Assembly (NCBI GenBank): GCA_051294375.1
Contig: CM119265.1
Location: forward strand, 5,974,227-6,038,226
Reading direction: 5' to 3'
DNA: 64,000 nucleotides
DNA from: Paraspadella gotoi
Lineage: Eukaryota > Animalia > Chaetognatha
Shown: positions 28,382 to 52,850 of the stretch, piece by piece
Layout: each line of letters starts with the position of its first letter
Position numbering within the stretch: position 1 is the first letter of the stretch
Position numbers and translations under genes: made by a program
Notes under the pieces: model-generated
Seen by the model: the letters and a program-made list of their open reading frames with translations, nothing else
The model's database searches: none
What the model was told of the DNA's origin: nothing

Positions 28382-29017
28382 CCCCCCAAAACTTTCTCGA
28401 TTAAGAATAGATAAATAAGTTTTGATGGAGGATGGCGTGTTTCATTGATCTGTTGATGCTACGTGCTACTCAAAATCTTCGATTGAGCTATATTTAAAAT
28501 TAGATAAATGGAAATTAAATTTGCCTATAAAAATTTTTAAGGCATCTAAATTTTTATTTTAGTTCTGTATTACATACCATACTTACTAATTCCTTTAGAA
28601 TTTGTTTCGCAAAACGTCCTAATGTTGCCTTCGTAGTAGTTACAATTACAATGCAAAAATATTTTTAATTTGGCCTTTTCTGCCTTTTCCTCTTCAGGAA
28701 ATAGTCAAGTGACTGAAAGAGAGAACTAAAAATAACAAAGATATTAAAAATAAATTCCAGACAGATTTAATTTTTTTCGTCGACATAATTTTCATTTTTC
28801 TCTCACTAACTTTCGTCCTTCAAATTTTTCTCGACCCCCTCCCTACTCCCCCTTTTTTCTCTCGGCAGGGGGGGTGCTCTGGGAGTATGGGGGGGGATCT
28901 CACTCGTTCGGTCTCTGGCGCCATGACTCATGAAGCGGTCACGCGACCTGGCCAGTGGCCATATATTCACAAAAAGGCCGGGAAGGTTGGATATGGGAGG
29001 AAAGCCGATGAGGATGA

Positions 29018-29109
<92 letters not shown>

Positions 29110-30306
29110 CGACGACGAAAGCGATAGCGACGACGACGACGACGACATTTTAATAATCTTGATGTTATGCAGCGATGTTTATCAATAATGTAAAAAATAT
29201 TACCAAAATTAAGACAAACTTATGCTCACTAATAAAACTAACTTTTTTCTTATCCCCTCTCTACTGGAGTTTCTTGAAAAATCAGGGATAATGTAATACT
29301 TTGTTTAATGAGCGATGTGTCACTTCTTTAATAACACATAAATATGCGAAGTTCAATTACTAATATCTATCGTAAAATCTGATTCATTAGATTTAATTTA
29401 ACGATTTCTTGGGTTAGAACCTTTTGTTTTCTACTTGCAGAAAAAATCAATATCGAAAAACTCCTGGCGCCAAAGCGCGCTCTTTATCTTCGGAAATATA
29501 AAAACAAAATTCAGCTTAAAAATCCTGAAGTTGAGGTTTTTTAAAGGATAAATTTTCTTTATAATTTTATTCTCTTTATTTTCTTTATAACCATCTTCCT
29601 CTTTTTCAATCTACTACGCTAGGTCTTCCTCTTTTGATCGCCTTAGTAGTAAAACAGTGTTATGAATGCTAAAATCATTCCTCTTGTTTTGATGCAAAAG
29701 ATATTAATTAATTCGTATGAATTAATAGTAAAAGATAAAATTTTGCTTGTGCTATCATTTTATACAGGGTGGTTTAGATTACAAAAGACACTCGATTACT
29801 AACGAATGCTTTAGATTTCTTTATTACACCTGCGCCACGATCTTGACGTATTTTTCAGAATATTTTTTTTTGTCTTTCGAACCACTCTACTTCCATTATC
29901 ACGCGCGTCAGCTCAATCACTGTCTTCCTGTTTCATCTTTCCCATCGCCGCTCATTTCCTTTCTCCCTCGATCTTCCAATTTCACTCCAAATCGCTCTGA
30001 GTCATTGTGAGATCGTGACTCATTTCTTTTCGCTATTTTTAAAATCACTCCCCCCTATCCTGCCCTGCACCCCACTTTTTTTTCATTTATAGTTTCAGTC
30101 GACGCCCTTTGCTCAGAGGCGGGGGCCTGAGAGCGAGTACTAAGGCAGTAAAAAGATAAAACAACGAAAACAATTAAAATACTTATAAAAACAGAGAAAT
30201 GATAAAAATAAAAAATTTAAAAAAAAGAGGAAAAAATAGATGCGACTGATGTCAGTTTGTCAGCCGGACGCTTTTGTCGAAAGAGCTGGAGAGGGAGAAC
30301 AAAGAA

Positions 30307-30390
<84 letters not shown>

Positions 30391-31869
30391 AGAAAGAGAG
30401 GAGACAGATGATGTTCGAATCCTGTTCGGGCCTCCAGAACGACGCGCTCGTAATTTTCCTTCTTCTTTTAGTCGTCGTTTTCGTCGTCGTCGTCGTCGTC
30501 GTCGTCGACGACTCCCTGTCGCGCCATTTTTCAAACTAGAACCGACTCACTTCTCTTTTCAATTTTGAAACCCACCCAGTTCTCTATCACTCCGAACCAC
30601 TTGAACTACTCTTAGTCGTCATTATCTCCTTATTCTTAATTTAGCCTCGTTTTCGAATTCTCATCCACCTTTCACATTTAATCTCAAATAGCTTTTCCCA
30701 TCAAACATCTTAGACAACGCAGCCACTCTGGTTACTATAATCTCTTGATTAGATCCTCTCCGCCCCCTCTTCAAAACTTGTTCTCGTAACGCTTCGGTTT
30801 TTAAATAGGATCGATACGAGAACCGGCCCTGTTCCCCCGTTTCGACTCCCCGTTTTAAAAAAAACAAATCCTGTAGGCTTTTCCGCCCTGGCTGACTCCC
30901 CTCCCCCGAAAGTTTACTTCCAAAAACAGAAATGATCTCTCTCCCCACGTCTCCGCTTGAAGGCAGAACACCTCATCCACCTACTAGACTTAATCTCTCT
31001 CGTCCCAAAATGCCAGCAAAATACCGGGTGTCAAAAAAAAAAAAAGTGTGCCACATCTTTCTGTCTTTCTTTTTAATTGTCTTTTGAGGATATAAGAAAC
31101 AAATATATCCGTCTTTTTTTTTCTTTTATTTCTTTTTTGATCATTTTTTTTCTTCTTTATCTCTTTAAATCTTGTATTTTTTTAACTTTGATATTCTGAA
31201 CTTTTATTTCCTTTTCAAGTGACAAGGACAAATTTATATCTTCTGCGTCGAATGTTAAATGCATCTGATCCATCCATCCATCCATCCATCCATCTATCCA
31301 TCCATCCCTCTTTTCCGTGTGACCACTGATCAGGCGGATGTTACCGCCCAGTGAACAGGATCTCCGACCCAGAATTGATGGATTTGAAAAATTTTGCCTT
31401 AATATGAAAATCGGATGGTTTAAAACCCGGAAACAAAAAAACTGAGAGATGTAAGAAAACATCCCTTTGAATTTATTTACGTAGATTTATGAAAAAAATG
31501 GGATTTATTAAACGCGTTATTTTAACATATGGAATTCAAATCATAAAACCGACAACTTTTTTCCAATGGAAGTAAAATTTTAGCCTAAATAAAAGGTAAA
31601 GATAAAAATCTATTTTAGGTAATATAAAGCTACGAGCGTTGACCCTTTGCGACTTGAAGTTAAAGGTTCAACTCTAAATATTAGCTTCACGCAAAATACA
31701 TTTACGTCAAAATTTTCCGTTAATAAAGCCTTTTTCCCCCCTCATATGATTAAGTATGGATTGAGTATGCCAAATGAATAACTAATTTACGACCTCAGGC
31801 TGAAATGAAAAAACTTAAATTGATTTATTCCCATTTTTGATGTTTACTTGACTTTTCCGCTTTTTGAGA

Positions 31870-31905
<36 letters not shown>

Positions 31906-32659
31906 NNNNNNNNNNNNNNNNNNNNNNNNNNNNNNNNNNNNNNNNNNNNNNNNNNNNNNNNNNNNNNNNNNNNNNNNNNNNNNNNNNNNNNNNNNNNNNN
32001 NNNNNNNNNNNNNNNNNNNNNNNNNNNNNNNNNNNNNNNNNNNNNNNNNNNNNNNNNNNNNNNNNNNNTCTCTCTCTCTCTCTCCCTCCCCTAACATTAA
32101 AACTTCAAATTAGTTCCACGAAAATAAAAAAATTTAAAAAAATTTTAACTAATGAGCACTATTAAAGAAAATAAATTGGACAGGCCCTTGATAGAGTTTG
32201 CGCGTGTCACTGATTAAAAACTTTTTTTTTATAAAAACAAAAACAAAAGGCATCTTGACTTTTTTTTGGGGGGCACTTGGCGTCGCGGGATTCGACCTCA
32301 ATTCCTTTTCGATTAATTAAGACGATCCGTCGAGGGGATCTTTCCGAATGAAAAATTTGGTGAACATTTCCCTCGGCGATACGGCATGACCTTGATATTG
32401 TTATATCAAAACCATCTGCTGCTACAGTTTTTGATGGTGTTGACGACGAAGAAGAAGATGACGATGATGATGATGATTATGATGATGATGCTGATGATGA
32501 TGATGATGATTATGATAATTATTAGTAATATTATAATTTGCTCAGGAAAGTAAAATCCTTTCTTGTTATTGCTGCTCATTTTGATCGGAAAAATTAGCAT
32601 TGATTCCATCGGCCCAAGTATGATAGACCGAGTGAGTCTGGCGAACGCATCCTGTCGCC

Positions 32660-32710
<51 letters not shown>

Positions 32711-33232
32711 CCTCGGTCCGTATAAAAGTCCCGGATCGAAGGAAACTCGATTCTTTGAGAGAAACGAATCATCGCGCGGCGAAAGAGCGAAAATTTAAAA
32801 AAAAAGGCTTCTTCGCGGCGCGAAATTTTTATTTAAGGTCAAATTTTATAAAAATATAAGAAATAGAACGCAAAAAAAAAAAAACAATATAGAAATTTTA
32901 AAAAAATTAAAGAAAAGCAAAAAAATAAAGGGAAAATTTTTCATACATTTTTATTTTCACTCTCTATCTCTCTTTCTTCACTTTCGCGAATTCGATTTTT
33001 TTTTTTCAAATAAAAAAAGGTTATCAAAACAAATTAAGCAAATAGAATTAAAAAACCGGGAGAAGAATCCGAATAATAAAAACATCGACCTGAGAAAGAG
33101 AATCGGGGAAAAAAATCTGGAACGCGCTCCACGAACGATTCTAAAAACTTGAGAAAATATATAAAACTAAACCTAAAAATAAAAAAAAAAAACAATATAC
33201 ATTTTAACAAAATAACTTTCCTAAACGACAAA

Positions 33233-39628
<6,396 letters not shown>

Positions 39629-40375
39629 GAGGCGTTTGTGGAAAAGTGCCTGTCAGCCTCACGAGTTTTATCTTTGTTAATTTATTTTTTATACCCGCCT
39701 GTTAATGGCAACAGTGATGATCGTTGTCATTTTTTTTTTCATATAAAGATCTTTAAATAGATTCTTGTTACATAGTTTTCTCTAAAGTTTCGACAAAAAA
39801 TATAGGAATTTGTCGGTGGCCGGAGAAACACTCATTCTGTCGGCTTTGTTTCTTTAAAACATGTGTTATGATTGACACACTTTGTTTAAATTTTAATACA
39901 TTCGCCTCGCACTCGGCCACGCGTTTCTCTCAATGTGGCAGTTTTTTGCGTCAGAGCGAATCAAAGTTGCGTGATGTTTAAGACACGCTCGAGCGCGTTT
40001 CCGGTTGATATCAATTTTTTTTTTTTTTTTTTGCCGTGCCTTAGTAACTTTTTAAACAGACGTAGCTGTATTTTTACGATGTTGACTTTGTATTTAGCTA
40101 TTTTTTCTGTCGCACTTTTTTTTATCTCAAAATGTAAATTTTTAGGTCGTTTACCTTTTTTTTGCGCTAGATCATTTCTTAAATAAAATTTTCAAAAAAT
40201 ACCTGGCTTCGTTTTTTTAATAAATATTTATTGAAGGGAAAAAAAAGAGTTGAGCTCCCCACTGGGTTCTTTCGTTTAATCTCTTAAATTCTTGATCATC
40301 TCCGATGAGACGACGCTGACGAAATCCAGAGGCACATCCCAACAAAAAAAAGGAATCCAATTCAACATAATTAAA

Positions 40376-40465
<90 letters not shown>

Positions 40466-41350
40466 CTCTCTCTCTGTCCTGATCTAACACTCGCCTTCGG
40501 TCGGTAATAAGAACAATTTTGCCGATGGCGCTCGCGTCACCAAGGGAAAGCGCATTACAAACTCGCGAAAAAAAATTAGTTAAAATTAAACAAAATAAAC
40601 AGTGAACCGATTTTTTCTACTTTTTACGTTTCTTTGTTATCGCCAATCTTTTACGACTTTTACGACGTACCCATCGATGGGCGATCGAAAGGAACAAAAG
40701 ACCATCATGAAATTAAAAACCAGGGGTCGCCCGAGAAGGGGAAAAGGGAAAAGAGAAATGAAAAAACCCAAGGTGGCTTCTGAATTAAGACATTCGAATT
40801 TCGACCGTTTTTTTTTTCTTTTTAAATTTAATCTTTAATTTTTTTTTTTTAAATTAAACGTCTTGACCATCTTAACCTTGGAAGAGAAGTAGACAGGTAT
40901 GAAGTTCATTACCTACGAATTTTAACCATGTCGACACCACCTCCAACCACCAACGTCACTGGAAGTAAAACTAGTGAAAGGTTTCATCGTTGAACTGTAC
41001 GATAAAAGTTATGGGCGGGAAACGTCAAACCTAAATCGCGAACAACACTCTCTTTTTTCTTTCTTTGTACCTCTTTCTTTTTTTTTTTTTTTTTTTACTT
41101 TCTTTATTACTTTCCTTCTCTCTACTTTTCTTGTTTTTTCTTTCTTTCGTTCTCTTTTTCAGTTTTTGACTCTCTCTCTCTTCTCTCTCCTCCTCTTCTC
41201 TCTCTCTCTCTTTCTCTCAGTCACGTCCTCCGGTTCAACATCATCGCCCACGTTTCGCGCTTTTAAAACCCAACAGAGACGCATCGCCTTTTTTTTCTTG
41301 CATCTCAGTCTCGCAAAGATGTAAGGATTTGAAGGATAAAAAGAGAGCGA

Positions 41351-41419
<69 letters not shown>

Positions 41420-42081
41420 ACGTGAGAATGTCGCTCATTTTTTCCCTGGCCTATCTTTGTTTCTTTCTTTCTCCGTCTCTTAACGAGGAAAGAAAAAAAG
41501 GAGAGAAGAAAGGATAAAAAGCCTTTTTTCTTTCCTCCTCCTCCGGGAACGAAAATCCTCTTCCTGCTTCCTTTCCTCCCTCGTTTTCCTCTTCCTCCTC
41601 GCTCGAGTACTTCCCAATTCTCCTCCTCCTCCTCCTCCTCCTACTCCGCGGTTTTTTCACATAATGAAACGCTTCCGGTTTTTCTCAGTTCCTCTCTTTT
41701 CTCTTTGTCCGGCCGTGAATCGCTCGCACGCAAAAAAAAAAGAAATAATAAAACGAGAAGACACGGAGGTTGGATGCCGCGTCGCTGGATGTATGTACTT
41801 TTTTTTACTTTATAAACAACGGATCAAAATGTAGGCACTTTCTAGTGCCTCTTCTGAAATGCCTTGGACGCGATAGTAGGGAAAAAAAAGGCGCACCAGT
41901 TATTTTTTCGCACAATCACGCCCTCTTCGGCTAGACCGGCGTAGCCCAAGCCGAAACCCAGAAAAAAATAACCTCGTCTAAACTAAATTTTGTGATCGGT
42001 CATGATCATTGTTGGTCGCATTTCGTGACTCGGGAGAAAAATCTCTCACTGTGACAACGAACGCTCTAACGAACGGTTGCC

Positions 42082-46959
<4,878 letters not shown>

Positions 46960-47831
46960 CTCTTTATTTTGTTTTAGAGTAAATTTAGAAACCTACCACT
47001 CAATCTCTCTTATGACCGGTAATTTAAATCGTTTTCTCCAGATTAATTAAATTAAAATTTGAAAACTGGAAAAAAGTTGCAGTGCATTTACATTAATATG
47101 GTAAACAGGGTTCATAAACAGTCTTTATTGTCCTGCATGCAGAAACATTGCCATTAATAATCCAAAGGCTGTACATAAAGTATCATTTTCGAAACTATGA
47201 CTGATAAGATTAGGTAAAGAAAAAAAAATTATAAATAAATTTCAAATTTTGTTTCCCTTTCACAACAATCTCTAATATGGAAATCGGTTACTTAACATTA
47301 TAAAAACCAAAATCAATGTCATATGAAAATTTTTTTTGCTCAACTATGAAATTTTGTATATATAAACTAAATACTTGTTAACTAATATTTTAAAATGTTC
47401 ATTGTCAATACCGTCGTTTCTGTCTAACTTACTATAAAACCCTTGCAGCTTATCAGTATATTTTATACTAATTCGCGAAATAAATCTTAAGATTAATTTT
47501 CATTTTAATTTTCTTATTTCATCCGCTGGCCAAAACAAAAGCAAAATTCGAGGCAAACGGGTTTTTCCTTCCCCGAGAGTTAACGAGATAACTTGCCACG
47601 AAAAGCGGTTCAGAGCCTGGGTTGTTGTTTTCGATGACTAAAAACTAGACAGCCGTGCAAGGCTTATTCATGACGGGTAATTATCCAGCATCGCTGCTTA
47701 GCCAGTCTTCTTAACCGTCCGCATGCTGGCGGCAGAACAACCGCCATAAGTTTTATCTTATTAATCAAGAGTGGATCCTTCGAAAAAAAACAAAAAAAAA
47801 AAACAGAACGAGGAAACGAAAAAAAATCGGG

Positions 47832-50352
47832 ATGTCATCGCTAGACTTGACCGAAGGACGTATCCGGCAGTTGCGTCTGGGTGGTGCCATTATGGATGGC
47901 GGACGAGAGATGCTTCAAGATGCGATCCAGATCAACCTGGAAGTCAACACCGGCGACGTTTGGAACGAGGGGCATCTCTTTCGACGCTGGTGTCATCAAA
48001 ACCTCGAATTCGTCCAACAGTTCCGCTTCTTCAAAAGAACGCCCAAAGAAAACGCTTTCGGAGTGGAGATTCCGCGATTCCAAGAATCCGATCTGACACT
48101 GCTAAGTAACTTAAACATAATATAATAATAATATTGGTTAATTATATTGGTTGTACCAATTTCATAATATAATTTAAACAAACCTGGGTTAGCGAGACCG
48201 CCATAAAGTTTAACCTTTATCGATACTTTGTATTGGATTATTGACTAAAGTTTTTCAGTTTTGTTGTTTAATTCAGACAGCAGAAGACGAATTAAGCAAG
48301 TTGTTGCTCATGAGTTGTTAGCTTTACTGTTTTTGTTCAGACAGAGAGAAGAATTTAGCCATCTCATCGTTTAACTCAAGTTCTTAATTATGCTTTATCA
48401 AATCGGATAACTATTTAGTACTTTCAATAGTAGTTTCATATCCATTATCTAATATACATGTATCACATTGGTCAGTATCAATAATTAATAATTTTTCTTC
48501 CCAAAGCATATACCCATAATTTAAACAATTTTAATGAGACTCCATATCTTCTCTTCCAGGTTACCTTTCGAAAAAGGTTCTGACACCAAAAGATCTGGCC
48601 ACAATCGACAAACTAACTAAGATTCGTAACCAAACCGCACATGGAGTTAGGGTGGAAATATCCGAGGAAGAGTTTAACCAAAGGTTTGAAGAGCTTCAAC
48701 GCATTGCCCACGACTTTTTCAAGTCTTTTCCTAATCTTTTGACGACGTGGAATCAGCGGTTCGAGAAGATGAAGACGATGAAGCAAGACTTCGAACTTCT
48801 CGCGGCCAAGTTCGACAAATGGCAAGTGGAGGTTCGCCGCGAGCTTGAGGAAATGAAGGACGACATCAAGGAGTATCAGGATGAGGTGAAAGTCGACGCG
48901 GAAAGAGTTGCCAAAAAGGTCGACAGCAAGTTTGACGCGCTTCAGGAGAAGGTGGAGGTCGTCAAGCGAGAATTTCGAAAAGAATTTACGAGCGTCGGTC
49001 CAGAATTTGAACAGCTCCATGAGGGCCTCGCCGAAGTGAAAGAAGACGTAAAGGAAACAACGAGGCAGATTTGCGACAAAATTGAGGAAGGCAACGAAAT
49101 AATCAAAGATACCAAGGATAATATGATGGTAGGTTTCAAAAACGCTGAAGAGAAAGCCGATGGGATAGTTAGCAGAATCGAAGAGGTTCAAGCTAAAATT
49201 CATATTTCAAACAATGAAACGAGAGAAAAGATTGTAAAATTTCAGAAAGATTCGGAAAAAGTGACTGAGCTTGTCGAAAAAAACCACAGTATTATCTACT
49301 CCAGTATCGAGCAGATGAGAGAAAAACTTCGTGAATTTGAAAATCGGCTCAAGAATGAAAATCGAAATACGGAAGAAGCTGCTTCTCGTCTCGAAAAGGT
49401 GGCGATGGAAGATCTTAGAGCGATGAAACAAATAATGAAAAATATTGAATACAAAATGTTTCCTTCAACTGAAATGCCAATGACATTTCCACTTCCCAAA
49501 AAATTGTATCCCTTGGATGAATATGCACCTGAGATTTCCCAAAGAAGTTCCCTTCTAGATGACAACACAACTTTAAATCGGGATCTTCTACCGTCACGAC
49601 ATATGTCAAAATACAGTCTGGACACAAAGAAATCGGAACGGTCAGTTCGCGAATGCGAATCAGCAATGATGGATGAACGGGAAGATATTGAAAAGGAAAT
49701 ACGGGCGGTTGAAACGCTTCTCACCGAAGCTAGAAAACAAAAAAAAGAGGCTTATGAAGAAATGCAATTTTACATCGATACTGAGGTACAAGAAGCTCAT
49801 GATCAAGTCGCAGATTTGCAGCAGGAAGCGAAAGCTCTCGTTGAAATTCTCAACAAAAAGATAAAAGAATTGAAGAAAGAAATATCATCGATTAAAGACA
49901 AGATCAAAGAAGGTACAAAGGAGACGTTTATCAATTTGGAAGAGAACGCATTAAAAATTGATGCCTTGCATAGTGAATTTTCTTCGGGGCTTAGAAAGCT
50001 TCAGAGTCATCTAGAGAATGTTGCATCGTCTCTGGAAGAATTTAAAATAAATGTTAAATTGGATTTGTCTAATATAAAAATCGGTGTTAACAACATTAAC
50101 ATAAATTTACAACAGTTAAACGATAACGTATGCTGTAACCTTCAAAAAACAATGGATAAAATGATTAGCATTGAAATAACCATCGAAAGCGTTGGTAAAC
50201 AAGTTAAAAGCTCGTCAGATAATTTACAAACAATTGAAAACCGATTGGTAACAGAATGCGTAACACTGCGTGATGCTATACAAAATCTGCGGGAGACGAT
50301 TGATCAAGAAGAATCAGGGCAAAAGGCATTTACCAAAAAGGAAGAATTATAG
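47832..50352 (+). CDS. DZIP3/hRUL138-like HEPN domain protein with a long C-terminal coiled coil (about 688 aa)
   Basis: Exon 1 (47832-48105, ...FQESDLTLL) splices in frame by GT-AG to exon 2 (48560-50352): SYLSKKVLTPKDLATIDKLTKIRNQTAHGVRVEISEEEFNQRFEEL. It has an RxxxxH motif (RNQTAH), a D(L/I)TLL motif and an ISxxEF motif, then more than 500 aa of heptad-rich E/K/L sequence. Confidence 0.75.
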
Positions 50353-50480
50353 TTTTCTTTATTATTATGATTATCTAATTATGCCATTTTTTCGAATAAA
50401 GCGGGAAAGTACGTGAGATGCACTTTCACTTTCAGTTTCAGTCGGTTTAGTGAACCTTGTAAGCCGCCGTCACTATTCAG

Positions 50481-51108
50481 TAGGGTGGAGTGATGAAAAG
50501 ATTGAGTGATTGAACATTATTTTTTTGCTGCCTATGGATATATAATTAATGAATTTTAAATCCTTTTAAAATTTTTTTTAGTATAACAGTATAGCAAATT
50601 CAATTATTTATGTAGTAATATCCTTATAAAATCGTCAAATTTCAAAATATTTTTTTTTTATTTTTAAGAACTGATTTGGATTCACTGTAAAAAACTAAGA
50701 AACTTTTATAAAATATGTTATATGATATTTTAATATTTAGATCATAAAAAATGACCAAAACGTTTTAACATATATAAGTTTCTATTACAGAGAATAAAAA
50801 AGTCAGGAATTTTTACCTTTTTTCTTATTTTAAACATTGAAGATGACAGAATTTTTGATAACATGTTTTATATTTTTGATTCAACTTTTTATGAAGAATC
50901 TGAATCTTTATTAAAAGTTTTATAAAAATTATTTTTAAAATTTACTATTTTATAAGGATATTACTACAAATATATTATATTTTACTATTCTGTTCCCGAG
51001 ATAATATGAACAAAATATTTTTTGTATTAATTAATCATACTATCTCATATCTAAATATCATTGTTCGATCATTCAAATAAATTTTTTTTTCTTGAGTGCT
51101 CCACTCTA
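50481..51108. mobile_element. hAT-type MITE (628 bp)
   Basis: Termini TAGGGTGGAG and CTCCACTCTA; 8-bp TSD CTATTCAG at 50473-50480 and 51109-51116. The interior is a long imperfect palindrome (e.g. TGTAGTAATATCCTTATAAAAT against ATTTTATAAGGATATTACTACA). Confidence 0.88.
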
Positions 51109-51717
51109 CTATTCAGTATTCGTGCTATCAAAAGGGCGACATTGAATTAACAATCACATTTAAATATGTTTTGCATTTCTCTTTACTTTGCAAGTTTACT
51201 TTTCAATTTCATATATAACATTAACTAGTTAGAGAACACCATAATGAATTTTAGAAATTTTAAGTATTACATAGCCGATGTTTTAATGAGATAATATAAT
51301 AAAATAAACAACGAAATTAAATTTGCCTAAATTATTTAGTTTTTCTTTTTTGGGAATAATCATAATGAGACGAACCTATATCTATAGTTAACTGGTTTTA
51401 TAAATTTTTCTATTCTTTCTTTTTTGTTTTTTTTCCAACTCTTTATTTGTTCTCAACTGCCATTTTATACAATTATATTGCAATTTAACCTTGTATAATT
51501 ATATTCTAAGTTCTACGATCCCGACTAGTTAAGTACCAATAAATTTAGTATAGCTAGGATAGTTTTGAAGACAAATTTATTTTTCTTGGTTTAGTTTGGA
51601 AAATAAAAAAATGTTATTCTTCGTTAGTAGGTAATATAGCTCATTAAATGAACAGATAATTTTTACTTTGATTGTACAAATTTCACTTATAGTAACAATA
51701 AGTTATAACTATAACTA

Positions 51718-52292
51718 CAGACCTGTGCAAAAAAGAGGTCACTCTTAAAACTTAAATTGCGCACGTTTTATGCAAATATTATAAAAAATGATAAATGATA
51801 AATATAGATTTTGAAATGGGAAATCCATGTGTAAGTTAAAAGAAAGTCGGTCCAGGCATTCAAGAGCCATAGCTCCAGAAAGACAAGTGGTAAAAAACAA
51901 AATGGGGGAAAAACTATTTTAAAAAATCTGCCAAAAACTGAAGATACTTTTTAGCTTTAACTTAAGTTTAAGTTATGGGTATTGTATTTATGTTTTCTAT
52001 AAAAAAAATTAAAAGTGGACTCTATATGAGTAACTTAAAAGAAAATCGGTCCAGTCATTCAAGAGCTACAGCTCCTTAAACATAAACCTTAAACATAATA
52101 CATTAATATTTTTCTGCCCTGACATTCTGTTTGAGTAGTGACTTTTAACTTTTAACTTTTTAACTAAATTTACACCAATAGTTTCTTTTTTATGAATCAT
52201 GTTTAATTATAAAATCTTTCATTTTAAAGGAAAATAACGAGATTTATTTTCATAATTTTTTTGGGGTGTTGTCTTTTTTTTGCACAGGTCTG
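51718..52292. mobile_element. Tc1/mariner-type MITE (575 bp)
   Basis: TIRs CAGACCTGTGCAAAAAA and TTTTTTGCACAGGTCTG flanked by TA on both sides; internal direct repeat TCGGTCCAG.CATTCAAGAGC at about 51847 and 52047. Confidence 0.88.
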
Positions 52293-52469
52293 TACGTACA
52301 AGTTGTATAAAATTCCAAGATTATAATATAATTTATTATAATATATTATAATATATATTATATATTGGTTGTACCAATTTCATAATTTATATATCATATA
52401 ATAAATATAATATAATATACATATAATAAATTATATGATAAGGATTCTACTTGTAAGCATTAGTCTTTT

Positions 52470-52842
52470 GTCATTGGCTGTCTCATTCCTCCAGCGGCTC
52501 GGCCACGAAACCGGGACAAAACACTTCAGACTTCCGTCGTTTCTTTTCTCTCTTTTAAAAATGAATTAAATCCCCACCGATTTGTTACGAAATGCTCGGT
52601 GAGACGCGGATTTTCGTTCGACCGGTTTGTCTGGGCGTTACGTGGCGCCGATAAAACGCTGCCAGATCGAAACACGCGAACGCATTGATGGCATCCTTGT
52701 ATTAATCAAGATTTTGTACGGAGTCCAGTGCATCCAGGTAGTAATGGGTCCGGACATGTCCGACCCCAGGCATTTCACGTTGAATCCCTTTTGAACCGTT
52801 TGAGATAAGCCATTTTTACTTAGTGTTTGTTCTAAACAACAG
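52470..52842 (+). promoter_or_regulatory. Putative promoter, 5' UTR and UTR intron upstream of DNAJC1
   Basis: CpG-rich patch after AT-rich DNA; inverted CCAAT box (ATTGG 52473-52477); ETS-like ACTTCCG (52530-52536); CAG|GTAGT donor at 52738 and CAG acceptor at 52842, 8 nt before the ATG. Confidence 0.45.
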
Positions 52843-52850
52843 GTCGCACG

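Noticed and set aside
31022-31055. TA-CCGGGTGTC Tc1/mariner-like terminus
   Set aside because: No matching opposite end found in the window.
31324-31360. Hairpin resembling a hammerhead ribozyme (CTGATCA, GGCGG/CCGCC stem)
   Set aside because: The core deviates from CUGANGA and the required GAAA after stem II is missing.
47560-47750. GC-balanced segment that might be a structured ncRNA
   Set aside because: No diagnostic motifs of rRNA, RNase P/MRP or snRNA; more likely promoter or 5' UTR of the HEPN gene.
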